From Candidatus Micrarchaeia archaeon (GTDB lineage: Archaea > Micrarchaeota > Micrarchaeia > CABMEP01), in assembly GCA_038881595.1 (NCBI GenBank), contig JAVZPM010000006.1, forward strand, positions 1 through 32,279: a stretch of DNA of 32,279 nucleotides, in the 5' to 3' direction. Below, piece by piece: positions 17,470-27,074 of the stretch (positions within the stretch are counted from its first letter, which is position 1; each line of letters begins with the position of its first letter). The position numbers and the translations under genes are program-made. The notes beneath the pieces are model-generated. The model did no database searches, was not told where the DNA came from, and saw only the letters and a list, made by a program, of their open reading frames with translations.

Positions 17470-18060
17470 CTAAGATAAGATCTCAAATACCTTCTTATTG
17501 AGAAATAAAGTGATAAAACCTAAAGCTCCTATTATTAGCATAGCCAACAATCTGTATTCTAAACCATTGATATTAATCTGATTGAAACTATAATCGATTC
17601 CAAACACAACCAATGCAATCAGAGATAATTTTATAGTATACTCCATCCAGTTCTTTGATGGTTTGATTAAAAAAATAAAAAGAAAGAGTAAAAGATATAC
17701 ATAACTGAATAATAATAGAAGATTAAGTTGATTTATTGATATAATTATAGCTAAAAAGATGCCTATAAGAGTAATTATCCCACTATTCTCTTGAGTGTAA
17801 TTAAATAAATAATCTAAGATTAACGCTTCTTTTATTATTTTTTTAGATTTAATCACTTTGCTTTTGTTACTGCTAGATTTCACTATAAATTTGTCATAGC
17901 CGATCATAATAAAAGTTGCGGTAACAGATGAAAGGATACCTATTTGATAGTTTTTATCTATTTCGCCAAACAAAATACTTATAACCATACCTGTAAGTAT
18001 AACGAAAAATAACGACCAACCAGCAAACAACATCCATCTCAATATTTTGGTAAAAAACAT
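17470..18060 (-). CDS. Multi-pass membrane protein
   Basis: About 6 hydrophobic segments, GGTGA SD. Confidence 0.75.
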   Translation of the reverse strand: MFFTKILRWMLFAGWSLFFVILTGMVISILFGEIDKNYQIGILSSVTATFIMIGYDKFIVKSSSNKSKVIKSKKIIKEALILDYLFNYTQENSGIITLIGIFLAIIISINQLNLLLLFSYVYLLLFLFIFLIKPSKNWMEYTIKLSLIALVVFGIDYSFNQININGLEYRLLAMLIIGALGFITLFLNKKVFEILS

Positions 18061-18243
18061 TTTTTCACCTTTTTATTAGATATAATTTTTAATATCCTCT
18101 TTACTTCATTTAATTCATATTTTTGATTTTTAATTTCCTAAAACTAATAAACGCTATCAACTTCTAATTATTTATAACAACTTTTTCTTAGAAATTCTAA
18201 TATATTATTGTTTATAAACATTTATTACCGTTTATTCAACTAA

Positions 18244-18876
18244 TCATAAGATGAAATTAACTAGAACAATACTAAGGTTATATGCAAAATGCGCTGCAAT
18301 TGGATAATAGATGTTTCTATCATATTTAATATAAACCAATCCAGCTATCAACGCCATTAGGAACCTTCCAAAGTAAGAAAAACCAACGGTTGTTAATTCA
18401 TGAGCCAAAACAAAAAGTAAAGCTTGCACTGAAAGAGCAAAAGAGAACCAAAATACAGACTTTATATTTTTCCAGTCTTTCCAATCTATGTTAAAGGATT
18501 TATACACATGATTAAGGATTATATCATCAAATAAAATCCTTCTAAATGCTAATTCTTCCCATATTGGAGCTAAAAAAAGACTATAAAGAACCATAATGAC
18601 GGTGATAAATTCTATTTGGACATTATTTGTCTTTTGGTAACCGAATATTAGGTATAGCCCAACAATGAGAGCCAATGAAAATAATACAGAATAAAATAAA
18701 CACAGTAAGTTTATTTTTTTGAAACCAAATTCGTCTTTGAGGATCTGTATCTTTTGATTGTGTGTTTTTCCTTTTGTTTTTGGGATTGTAGTAAATATCT
18801 TTAGAAAAAGAAGCATTAAAAGAACAAATGGTATTAGAATTCCAATAAACTCTTGAGGATACATAATAATCATCAC
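18244..18876 (-). CDS. CPBP/Abi (CAAX-type) intramembrane protease
   Basis: PIWEELAFRR, FVLAH and AHFAYN motifs. Confidence 0.9.
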   Translation of the reverse strand: MMIIMYPQEFIGILIPFVLLMLLFLKIFTTIPKTKGKTHNQKIQILKDEFGFKKINLLCLFYSVLFSLALIVGLYLIFGYQKTNNVQIEFITVIMVLYSLFLAPIWEELAFRRILFDDIILNHVYKSFNIDWKDWKNIKSVFWFSFALSVQALLFVLAHELTTVGFSYFGRFLMALIAGLVYIKYDRNIYYPIAAHFAYNLSIVLVNFIL

Positions 18877-19005
18877 ATATAATAGTAAGGATATATGTTT
18901 ATTATTCTTCCCAATATTGATGATTTTTCACTTCAAGCTTTCCTCAATATCTTTTTTTCCTTTTTCATTTTATGGTTTTTGTATGGCTCTTCAATTCTGT
19001 TATTG

Positions 19006-20871
19006 CTAATCCATTTTAATTCTAGATTTAAAGAAATTCTCTGTGTTTTTATCCAAGAAATAAACGTAACATCCCTTCATTCCTCTTGTAAGTAGAACTC
19101 TGTAGACATTCTTGACATACTTTGTAAAATCTTTTGCCTTTTTTAACATTGGATCTGCAGAATTCTCCGGTTTACCGACCCATTCTTTTTTTTCTGGATC
19201 ATAAACGAGATCGTTTCCAAAAATAACACCTATATAATCAAATTCAAAGCCTTGTACGGTATAGATACTGCCTATTTGGTTTACTCCTTCTGGAGTTGCT
19301 GCCCACAATGGAGCCGGAGGAATCCCTTTTGCTAATTTTTTATTTTCCTTTCCCTCCCACGGCATCCTAAAATCTCCAATTACCACATCATCTTTTAAAG
19401 TGCCATCTGAATTAGGATCGCTCCAAGGCCAACAGAAACCTGCAACTAATCTTGCAGAATTAGGCTTTTGGCGATTTTTTTCCTTTATTTTTTCATAAAG
19501 TTCATGTGGTGAATCAAAAATTCTGAATTCCATTTTTTCATTTCGCGTCAACATAATATTTGCAGTATCTCTAATTCCTAAGATGTTGTCTACCCAATTT
19601 AAATAGCCATCTGAGCCTGAACATCTAAACTGAGTTTTTAATTGAAATTCAAAAAATTCAGCATTAAACTTTAATGCAGTTCTTCTTATCAAATCAGAAC
19701 TTCCTATTTCAGTTGGTCTTACTACTTGGTAATCATCTATAAAAAAAACAACTACTTTAGCAACCCTCATTAATTCATCTATTTGTGGTCTATCTGATCT
19801 CAATTCCTTTTTAGTATATCTTCCTGCGCTAGTTTTTCTTATTCTATGTGCTTCGTCACAAATTAAGACGTCTAATTCGTTTTCCTTAGCAGTTGAAAAG
19901 CTATTGAAAAATTTAAAATGGCTAGCTGCCCTAGTACCAACAATTTTTCTCAGGGTCTTTGTGAAAGCTGCTGAACCAGTTGCATGAAAAACAGTTAGAC
20001 CCATCGATAAAAGCTCTGCTAATACATTTAACGCAATCACTGATTTTCCGGTTCCAGGTCCGCCTCTCACTAATATAACTGATTTTCTTTTAAGTTTTGA
20101 AGCTTTTTTTGCTCGGTCAAGTATTGTATAATATGCATCTAACTGATCATCTATTAAATAGAATGCAGGTTGTCCTTTTATTATACGAGAAGTATAATCG
20201 AGCAGCTTTTTTGATGGTTTTATTCTACTTGTAACAAACCGATTAAATAATTCTAGTCCTTTCCCACCACATAACTTAGCTCTCAAATACTTTCCAAGTT
20301 CTTCAACATCATCCTTTGAAAACACAGGATGTTTTTCTAAAACTTCTTTGAATTTCACATCGAATAAAGCTGAATTTGATTCCCTTTTATAATTATGACA
20401 ATAAACACAAGATGACAAATTAACTGATTCCTCATTGAAAAGATCGATGAAATCTTGAAGATACATATGATAAGCTTGAACTTTATAAGAAGGGTGTGGT
20501 TCGATTCTATTTGCACCACCTACGAAAGTTTCGACACTATTTTCAATGTCACAATAATTAACCTTAGACCACTGTTTAAGTTCTATTATAACGACATTTT
20601 CTTCAGAATTTAATCCCTTGCCAAATATAATGCAATCTATTCTTTGTGTACTGTATGGAAGTTCATATTCCAAAATTAACATATTATCAAATAATTTCGA
20701 ATCTTCTATTACATTTTTAAGAAACTGTAAAGAATTATTCCAAGAATTTATTTCACTTGGCGAAGCGCTGTGACCGTAATAATTTCTAAATGCAGTTTCT
20801 AATTTATCTACTATTTTATTTTTGCGGGTATCTTCTATAAATTGTTGAGAAGAACCTTCATAGAGCCTCAT
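19006..20871 (-). CDS. DUF2075 (Schlafen group 3-like SF1 helicase) with N-terminal nuclease-like domain
   Basis: RIDC...IIELKQW N-terminal motif, GGPGTGKS, CDEAHR, QFRC, TVQGFEFDY and YRVLLTRG. Confidence 0.88.
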   Translation of the reverse strand: MRLYEGSSQQFIEDTRKNKIVDKLETAFRNYYGHSASPSEINSWNNSLQFLKNVIEDSKLFDNMLILEYELPYSTQRIDCIIFGKGLNSEENVVIIELKQWSKVNYCDIENSVETFVGGANRIEPHPSYKVQAYHMYLQDFIDLFNEESVNLSSCVYCHNYKRESNSALFDVKFKEVLEKHPVFSKDDVEELGKYLRAKLCGGKGLELFNRFVTSRIKPSKKLLDYTSRIIKGQPAFYLIDDQLDAYYTILDRAKKASKLKRKSVILVRGGPGTGKSVIALNVLAELLSMGLTVFHATGSAAFTKTLRKIVGTRAASHFKFFNSFSTAKENELDVLICDEAHRIRKTSAGRYTKKELRSDRPQIDELMRVAKVVVFFIDDYQVVRPTEIGSSDLIRRTALKFNAEFFEFQLKTQFRCSGSDGYLNWVDNILGIRDTANIMLTRNEKMEFRIFDSPHELYEKIKEKNRQKPNSARLVAGFCWPWSDPNSDGTLKDDVVIGDFRMPWEGKENKKLAKGIPPAPLWAATPEGVNQIGSIYTVQGFEFDYIGVIFGNDLVYDPEKKEWVGKPENSADPMLKKAKDFTKYVKNVYRVLLTRGMKGCYVYFLDKNTENFFKSRIKMD

Positions 20872-21236
20872 TCCATCAACTCTGTATATTTCTTGTTAGA
20901 GCCTTTTGCCTTTTCTACTGGATATCTTTTTCTGTTTTTTTCTAACTTTTTCTTTAGTTCATATGCGACGTCGATATCATATTTCTGCGAGAGCCTAAGC
21001 AAAAAGTACAAGACATCTGCCATCTCTTCCGCAATCTCATCTCTTTTTTCTTTGTTCTTAAACATTTCTTCAACTTCCGTTTCTGATTTGAATCTAAAAT
21101 GTTCAAGAAGTTCAGCTGCTTCAGTAGAAATTCCTATCGCAAGATCCTTCGCGCCATGAAACTTATCCCAATCTCTTTCTTCGCAGAAGTGCTTAATTTC
21201 TTCTTCGAGCTCATGAAAATTTCCGTTTGATGACAT
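20868..21236 (-). CDS. MazG-like nucleotide pyrophosphohydrolase (dCTPase-like)
   Basis: ERDWDKFH, EAAELLE, EEMADV and KNRKRYP motifs. 4-nt overlap with the helicase gene. Confidence 0.9.
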   Translation of the reverse strand: MSSNGNFHELEEEIKHFCEERDWDKFHGAKDLAIGISTEAAELLEHFRFKSETEVEEMFKNKEKRDEIAEEMADVLYFLLRLSQKYDIDVAYELKKKLEKNRKRYPVEKAKGSNKKYTELME

Positions 21237-21267
21237 AAAACCACTATATTTTATTTACTTAATAAAT

Positions 21268-21489
21268 TTAAAAATAATGCTTTTTCTTAACCTCAACTAT
21301 CATCACTGTGTCAAATTCCCTTCTTTTGTTCCATTCTAAATTTTTTATTTTCTCATAGGCTTCTTCTGCATCCTTCGCCTCTACTGTTCCAAGATATATG
21401 CCGTCATCTGTTTCATGAAAATCTCCGTCTTTCATCCTGAATTCTGTATAGGCTGACTTTCCTATTTCAATTCCGATATAGTATGGCAT
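21268..21489 (-). CDS. Small hypothetical protein
   Basis: 73-aa ORF with globular-like composition, upstream of the MazG-like gene. Confidence 0.65.
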   Translation of the reverse strand: MPYYIGIEIGKSAYTEFRMKDGDFHETDDGIYLGTVEAKDAEEAYEKIKNLEWNKRREFDTVMIVEVKKKHYF

Positions 21490-21655
21490 GATCCATTTTG
21501 ATCAGATTGATTTAAAAATTAGATCCAAGTGAATTTCTAGTGATCGGATGGGTCTTTGATGCCATGGCAGGATTAAGATAGCATGAAAAGAAAAAAGCTA
21601 TTTGATCACTTTAGGATGTCGCTTTCCGCTAATTTTTGTCAAATCCTTTCTCTTT

Positions 21656-21758
21656 TTACCTTACAATTTACTTAAGTCTTGTAAGGTAACTGTTTCTTCG
21701 TAAAAAATATTCGAACCGAATTATTTTACCATACATTATCCAATTTGATGTAAGGTAA
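21656..21758. promoter_or_regulatory. Two tandem palindromic operators upstream of fic
   Basis: TTACCTTACAA-N12-TTGTAAGGTAA (21656-21689) and TTACCATACAT-N11-ATGTAAGGTAA (21726-21758). Confidence 0.7.
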
Positions 21759-21789
21759 GTATTATTAATTTAAGCGTACAACATATTAT

Positions 21790-22752
21790 ATGCGAATAAG
21801 AAAACGAACCATAAACCGGCAAGAGTACTATTATCTTGAGGAAACATTAAGACTAGAGAGGCCTAAGGTATATTCCTTGTTTCTAGGTAAGAGGCTTCCA
21901 TCTAAAGACCAGCTTGAAGAAAATAAAATGAAATTGCTGGATAAGATATATACAGACCTAGTCGGAAACACTACAAGAATCTACCTCTCCAAAGAAGAAG
22001 TCATACAGCTTGAAAAATATAGGCGCCAATACTTGCATAGGCTTAAGCACCTTGGCAAGGCAAAACAAGAGGAGAAAGAAGAAATTGAAACAGTAAACTT
22101 CGTATACACAACTCTGACTACAGAAGGCGTCCCTATCACCAAAGAAGATGCTGGCCTCGCATACAAATTCTTTGGAAGAAACATAAAAGAGGTCAGAGAT
22201 GAGAATTTGAAGGTAGCTCTTGATATGATAAATGGATTAAGGTATGTAAGAGACAGCAAGAGAGGAATTTCAAAGGATTTCATCCTTAAACTCCATAAGA
22301 TAGTGATGGCTGAATACAAGGACAAGAATCCAGGTAAATTAAGAAATAGGCAAGCTTACATCTACCTAAAGAGCTATGATGCGATTGAAGAAATACGGTT
22401 TAGGCCCCCTACCCCGAACAAAATAGAAACAAAGGTAGATGAAATTGTAAGATGGTATAATGCAAATGTAGGAAAGCTTAATGCAGTTGAACTTGCTGCA
22501 CTCTTGCATCTAAGAATTTACATGATTCACCCGTTTAATGATGGTAACAAGAGGATATCTCGCTTGCTGTTAAACAAGGCGCTGTTTGATTCAGGTTATC
22601 CACTCCTGAATATATCAAAAGAAACACAAAGCTATTTCGATGCGCTGGTAGCAGCAGTTGAGAAAAAGGATGAAAAATTATTTGTCATGTTCGTTGCTGA
22701 TCAGATGTCTTCATACTTGCAGAAAGGATTCAAAAGAAGATTGAAGATTTAG
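21790..22752 (+). CDS. Fic/Doc family protein with N-terminal extension
   Basis: HPFNDGNKRISR motif, preceded by PGKLR. Confidence 0.9.
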   Translation: MRIRKRTINRQEYYYLEETLRLERPKVYSLFLGKRLPSKDQLEENKMKLLDKIYTDLVGNTTRIYLSKEEVIQLEKYRRQYLHRLKHLGKAKQEEKEEIETVNFVYTTLTTEGVPITKEDAGLAYKFFGRNIKEVRDENLKVALDMINGLRYVRDSKRGISKDFILKLHKIVMAEYKDKNPGKLRNRQAYIYLKSYDAIEEIRFRPPTPNKIETKVDEIVRWYNANVGKLNAVELAALLHLRIYMIHPFNDGNKRISRLLLNKALFDSGYPLLNISKETQSYFDALVAAVEKKDEKLFVMFVADQMSSYLQKGFKRRLKI

Positions 22753-22928
22753 ATTGCTAGCCTCCTAAATATTTGTATAATTTGGATTTTATTTCATATA
22801 TAATTACATGATCTATCTTTCTACCTCTGTTTCATTCTAGATTTTTTCCTATTTCAATTCCGACATTTTAATTTTATCTTGTGTTTGTTTGCCTATATTT
22901 CTTATCATTGCGTATTGTTTATTTTATG

Positions 22929-23431
22929 CTATCTTATCTTTGCAAATAGCAGGTTATCATAATACTTTCCATCTTTCATTACATCCTTTCTTATCAAGCC
23001 TTCGAATTTGAATCCTGCCTTTTCTAGCACTCTCGCAGATGGCTTGTTCCATTTTCTTGTATTGGCATAAATTCGCTTTAGTCTGTACTTTTTGAACCAG
23101 TAATCTGTAGCAAGCTTCACTGCCTTTGTCATTATTCCTTTTCTTCTGTATTCTTTGGCTATCCAGAACCCTAACTTCCCCTTGTGGTTGGGAATTATCA
23201 TAGAAAGAGTAATCTCCCAACTGCTTGCCCTTCTACATCTATTACCAGCGTTTCCCTGTCTTTTTTCTTTAGTTCTGCAATAATGTCCTTCTTTACTCGC
23301 TCTATACTGTCTGGAATCCAAGCTAGGTTTTTCTTTGCTTCTGCATCCTGCTGAAACAGGTATATATTCTCTGCATCATTAATATGTAGAGGTCTTAACA
23401 CAAAATCTTTTGTCTTAATTGTTTTTTTCAT
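22929..23431 (-). pseudogene. RimJ/RimL GNAT acetyltransferase with a 1-nt frameshift
   Basis: LRPLHINDA...GQAVG continues as EITL...GFWIAKEYRRKGIMT...NKPSARVLEKAGF if one G is added to the GGG run (23216-23218). May be a sequencing error. Confidence 0.8.
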
Positions 23432-23462
23432 ATCATTACACCTTTTATTTGGTAAATTTTAA

Positions 23463-23515
23463 TTTTCAAATTTTCAACATTTTTGCAAATTATAGTTTGC
23501 AAATTTATAATTTTA
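23463..23515. repeat. 53-bp direct repeat, copy 1
   Basis: 51/53 identical to 24819-24871. Core TTTGCAAA-N6-TTTGCAAA. Confidence 0.92.
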
Positions 23516-23538
23516 AGCATTTCAATATTTTAACAATT

Positions 23539-24783
23539 TCACATATTAGAGCTCTTATATCTATACTCAAACTCATGCAACTTGATAACTGACAGCTGTC
23601 TTTCTTCCATGTCAAGATGTGAGTCTGGCGGAACTATAAGAATTCTCTTCTTCAAACCTATTCTGTTTTCAATAAGCCATTTGACATCTTTTTCGTCAAT
23701 TGTTTTTCTTGTCTTCACTTCTATACCTGTAGAACCTGAGTCTGTTATAAAATCAATTTCTTTTCCTCTGTCATTCCAGAAAAATTCTGCCTCGCTCTTC
23801 CATGCAACCTCTGTCTCTGCTAATTTTGAAAAATCTATGATTCCAACGTAATCAGTAAGTGAAGTATAATATGGATAGTATTTCTTTGCTTTCACTTCGA
23901 TCTTTCTCGCATTTTTTGAAAAGTTATATAGCTTTCTTACAAGAAAGCTCTTCTCTAATGCATGCAAATAATTAGATGCTGTAACCCTGCTTATTCCAAA
24001 ATCCTTTGCAAGATCTGAGATTGAGATTATTTGACCAGGATCTCTGCAAATAAGCTTAAATATTCCTTCAATTACATCTGATTCTTCAACTCCATAATAC
24101 CTTTTAGCATCCTCATATATTACTTTCTTTACTATGCTTGTTAAGTATTCCTTGCTATCTAGCGATGGATAGATAGCAAGTTCTGGTAACTGTCTGTGTA
24201 TATAGAAGAGATAATTTTTCCATTCCTCTTCTTCTATCTCAGAATGCTGTTTTCCTGTAAACATAAGATATTCTTCAAAAGAAAGAGGTTTTATGCTCAT
24301 ATCCATGCTTCTTCCAGCCAGACTCTCTGAACCTTTTCTTACTTCCAGCGATGCAGAACCACTTAAAAATATCTTTATTCCTAAATTATCATAGATTAGC
24401 TTTATCTTAGTTGCCCAATTTTCTAACTTCTGAATTTCATCAAAAAAAATAAAGAAATTATTGCCTCTTATCTTCCTTCCCGTTATTTCTTCCCAGGCAG
24501 TGAGCAATTCAAGCGGTTCTTTAATCTCTTCGTCAAAACTAAAGAAGAGAATGTTTTTTCTTGAATAGCCTTCAGAAATTAAATGATTGATTATCTGTTT
24601 CATTAAAACTGTTTTGCCCACTCTTCTTGGACCTATAAGTGTTATTATTAATGGATGAGAGAGGGTTGAAACAATTCTATTAAACGCTTCTCGTTTTAAA
24701 GGAAAATTATAAAAGAAACCATCCTCCCAGTGCGGATTAAGTCTTAATATTGTCTCCTTAAGCATTTCCATTCTTTTTGACAT
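23539..24783 (-). CDS. AAA+ ATPase (AAA_14 + DUF4143 type)
   Basis: NPHW, GPRRVGKT, FFDEIQ, SGSAS, ESLAGR and EIDF...IEVK motifs. Confidence 0.9.
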   Translation of the reverse strand: MSKRMEMLKETILRLNPHWEDGFFYNFPLKREAFNRIVSTLSHPLIITLIGPRRVGKTVLMKQIINHLISEGYSRKNILFFSFDEEIKEPLELLTAWEEITGRKIRGNNFFIFFDEIQKLENWATKIKLIYDNLGIKIFLSGSASLEVRKGSESLAGRSMDMSIKPLSFEEYLMFTGKQHSEIEEEEWKNYLFYIHRQLPELAIYPSLDSKEYLTSIVKKVIYEDAKRYYGVEESDVIEGIFKLICRDPGQIISISDLAKDFGISRVTASNYLHALEKSFLVRKLYNFSKNARKIEVKAKKYYPYYTSLTDYVGIIDFSKLAETEVAWKSEAEFFWNDRGKEIDFITDSGSTGIEVKTRKTIDEKDVKWLIENRIGLKKRILIVPPDSHLDMEERQLSVIKLHEFEYRYKSSNM

Positions 24784-24818
24784 GATATCATATTGCCAGA
24801 TAGCTATATAAATCTATC

Positions 24819-24871
24819 TTTTCAAATTTTCAACATTTTTGCAAAGTATAGTTTGCAAATTTGTAATTTTA
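24819..24871. repeat. 53-bp direct repeat, copy 2
   Basis: Matches copy 1 and lies just upstream of the TATA box of the ATPase gene. Confidence 0.92.
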
Positions 24872-24936
24872 GCAATTTAACTTAGTACATCAGAGTGGCC
24901 GAACTGTTGTCCAGTGATCGCAATCTACATAAATTG

Positions 24937-24962
24937 AATGAGAAGTTCTAATGAGAAGTTCT
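24937..24962. repeat. Perfect 13-bp tandem duplication
   Basis: AATGAGAAGTTCT x2. Confidence 0.85.
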
Positions 24963-25056
24963 CAAGTGCCATTGCACTGAGCTTGTAAGGATTGGTTTCA
25001 GCTGCATGTTCTTGATGATGAGAGTAAGAATCCTCTTTTCTCCATTTAATCATTGA

Positions 25057-26043
25057 TCATCTCTCTTGATTCTTATATTCTTTCCATCTGGACATCTTGG
25101 TCTTTCCAAAGTTTTTTTCTATTTCTTTTCTTAGAATATCTCTTAAAACAAATATATGTCCCCAGCCAGCCACAGCAACGACAGAATCACTTTCTTTCAG
25201 TGCATTGATACAACTTTCAATCATTGTTCTGTTTCTATGTGCATCCCACCAGGCCCAGATCTTATTAATTTTATATTTAGTAGAGAAAGGATATGGTTGG
25301 CTGATATCAACATAATTTTTAAGTAATCCTGATAATGATTGATCTGATATGTATTTTGCACCAACTTTTTCAAGACAAGATTTTAAAGAAATAAAGAAAG
25401 GTTTTGAGCTATCTCTTTTTAGCGCTGAAAGAAGATAATGTTTATACCGATTAAACCTGCCTGAATCCAACATGAATTCTTGAATTATGTCGAATATTGC
25501 AAGATCAAAACGATCTTCATTTGTTAATTCTTTTACAACATATCGCTTTGGATTTTGCATGTAAGCTATTGCTAAGAAGAGCAATCCAGCTTTTATCCCC
25601 TCTTCCTTTGAATCCCAAAAAGGACCGGCAATTGTAAATGGCTTGAATCGATCTATTATATCCATTCCTTTTATAGGGATTGAATTCTCCTTTGCAAAAC
25701 AGGTGGCCCATTGCATATCTGACCATTCATCACTAGGTTTTTGTATCATCGAAACGATTTTTTCGTATGGTGTGTTTGCAGCTCTTTCAATGAGAAGCAA
25801 TTCTGGTTTTGTAGTTTCTATTATCTCTTTTAGAACACTTATATCTTTTTTTGTTGGGTGATGTACCGTTCCCACAAAGACAAGTGTCTTATTTCCAGAT
25901 TTGAATACTGTAGTCTCTTCGTTCCAAGGATCATAGTTTTTGCTCCTCTGCTTTTTTGTTAGTCTCAATTCTAGAGCATACTGATAGAGTTCCTTAGTGA
26001 TGAACATTCGATTTCTTTCACTATTCTTTTTACTTAATCTCAT
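25057..26043 (-). CDS. TraB/GumN (TIKI-like) family protein
   Basis: VGTVH, PELLLIE, RNRTM and VVAVAGWGH motifs. Confidence 0.7.
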   Translation of the reverse strand: MRLSKKNSERNRMFITKELYQYALELRLTKKQRSKNYDPWNEETTVFKSGNKTLVFVGTVHHPTKKDISVLKEIIETTKPELLLIERAANTPYEKIVSMIQKPSDEWSDMQWATCFAKENSIPIKGMDIIDRFKPFTIAGPFWDSKEEGIKAGLLFLAIAYMQNPKRYVVKELTNEDRFDLAIFDIIQEFMLDSGRFNRYKHYLLSALKRDSSKPFFISLKSCLEKVGAKYISDQSLSGLLKNYVDISQPYPFSTKYKINKIWAWWDAHRNRTMIESCINALKESDSVVAVAGWGHIFVLRDILRKEIEKNFGKTKMSRWKEYKNQER

Positions 26044-26161
26044 CTTAACACCATGATCTCAAACAGCTTAATTAATTTTGATATTATTATACATGTTTAT
26101 ATTTTTTGCCTTGATTAAAAAACTCTTATTCCTGCGTATAACAAACAGCATCTTTCTAAGA

Positions 26162-26923
26162 TTAAACGCATGGAGCAGTAGTAGATTGTTTTGTTTTCCT
26201 CAATTTATCGAGTTGTCTCAAAATTATCAATTTTCGCATTTCTGGTGACTTCGCCCTCTTTAATAATTTATACCATTTGTGAGCATATTCAGAATACACC
26301 CCATATAAATGAGCTTTAGGTTTTGGTGGTTTTGCAAATTCATTTTGCCTATTCGCACTGAAGTAATCCATATAAACACATAATCCTTCGTCCCACTTCC
26401 ATGCATTTTCAGAAATGCGTTGAAACTTTATATTATTGTTATTTAGCAATTGATGAACAAATTCATGTGATAAGATACCCTTGACTATTTTTTCTTCCTT
26501 TTTAGTTATTGGTTTAAAAACAAGTGCCAAACCAGACCCACACCTTCTTTTGTGTTGAAGAATATTTTTGTATAATCTAACCATTCTTTTCCTTAGATTT
26601 GTGTCTGGAATTTTTTCTGCAAGTTTTAACTCTTGTTTTGCATCAAACCAGCTGATGACACATCCCTGTGGTATTCTCTTATGATTTAAAAATTCCTTTG
26701 AGTTTGTAAACAGAATAATATTTTTTAGCCTATTTTCTTTCTTTTCGCCACCGAATTTATTATAATCTGGTTCTGGGCATCCTCCAAGGAAATTCCTTAG
26801 AACTATGTCTTCCTTGGTCACAAACAAGCAGGAAAACGCTTCCCCTCTGAATTTTAATCCGAACTCTTTCGCAAGCCTTTCCATCGAAGATAATATATTT
26901 GAGAGTAATTGACCATTGGACAT
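26162..26923 (-). CDS. Zincin-like putative metallopeptidase
   Basis: HEFVH followed by WDEG (gluzincin-like third ligand). Confidence 0.65.
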   Translation of the reverse strand: MSNGQLLSNILSSMERLAKEFGLKFRGEAFSCLFVTKEDIVLRNFLGGCPEPDYNKFGGEKKENRLKNIILFTNSKEFLNHKRIPQGCVISWFDAKQELKLAEKIPDTNLRKRMVRLYKNILQHKRRCGSGLALVFKPITKKEEKIVKGILSHEFVHQLLNNNNIKFQRISENAWKWDEGLCVYMDYFSANRQNEFAKPPKPKAHLYGVYSEYAHKWYKLLKRAKSPEMRKLIILRQLDKLRKTKQSTTAPCV

Positions 26924-27074
26924 AATATCAAATCAATGCGTTATCTTTTAAACATATCGAATTCTCGCTGGCAGAAGATGTAAGAAAGTTTTATGAGAAA
27001 ACATATTTGATTTCTGATGGTATAGGTCAATGGTCACAAAACCATTCTTCTATTATGTCATCGCATCACGATTC

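Noticed and set aside
16083..17470. CRISPR array or casposon near the Cas4-like gene
   Set aside because: No regularly spaced direct repeats, and no cas1 or PolB gene.
21490..21650. tRNA or ncRNA in the GC-richer intergenic gaps (also 24880-25050 and 29480-29640)
   Set aside because: No cloverleaf, T-loop consensus or convincing stems seen by eye.
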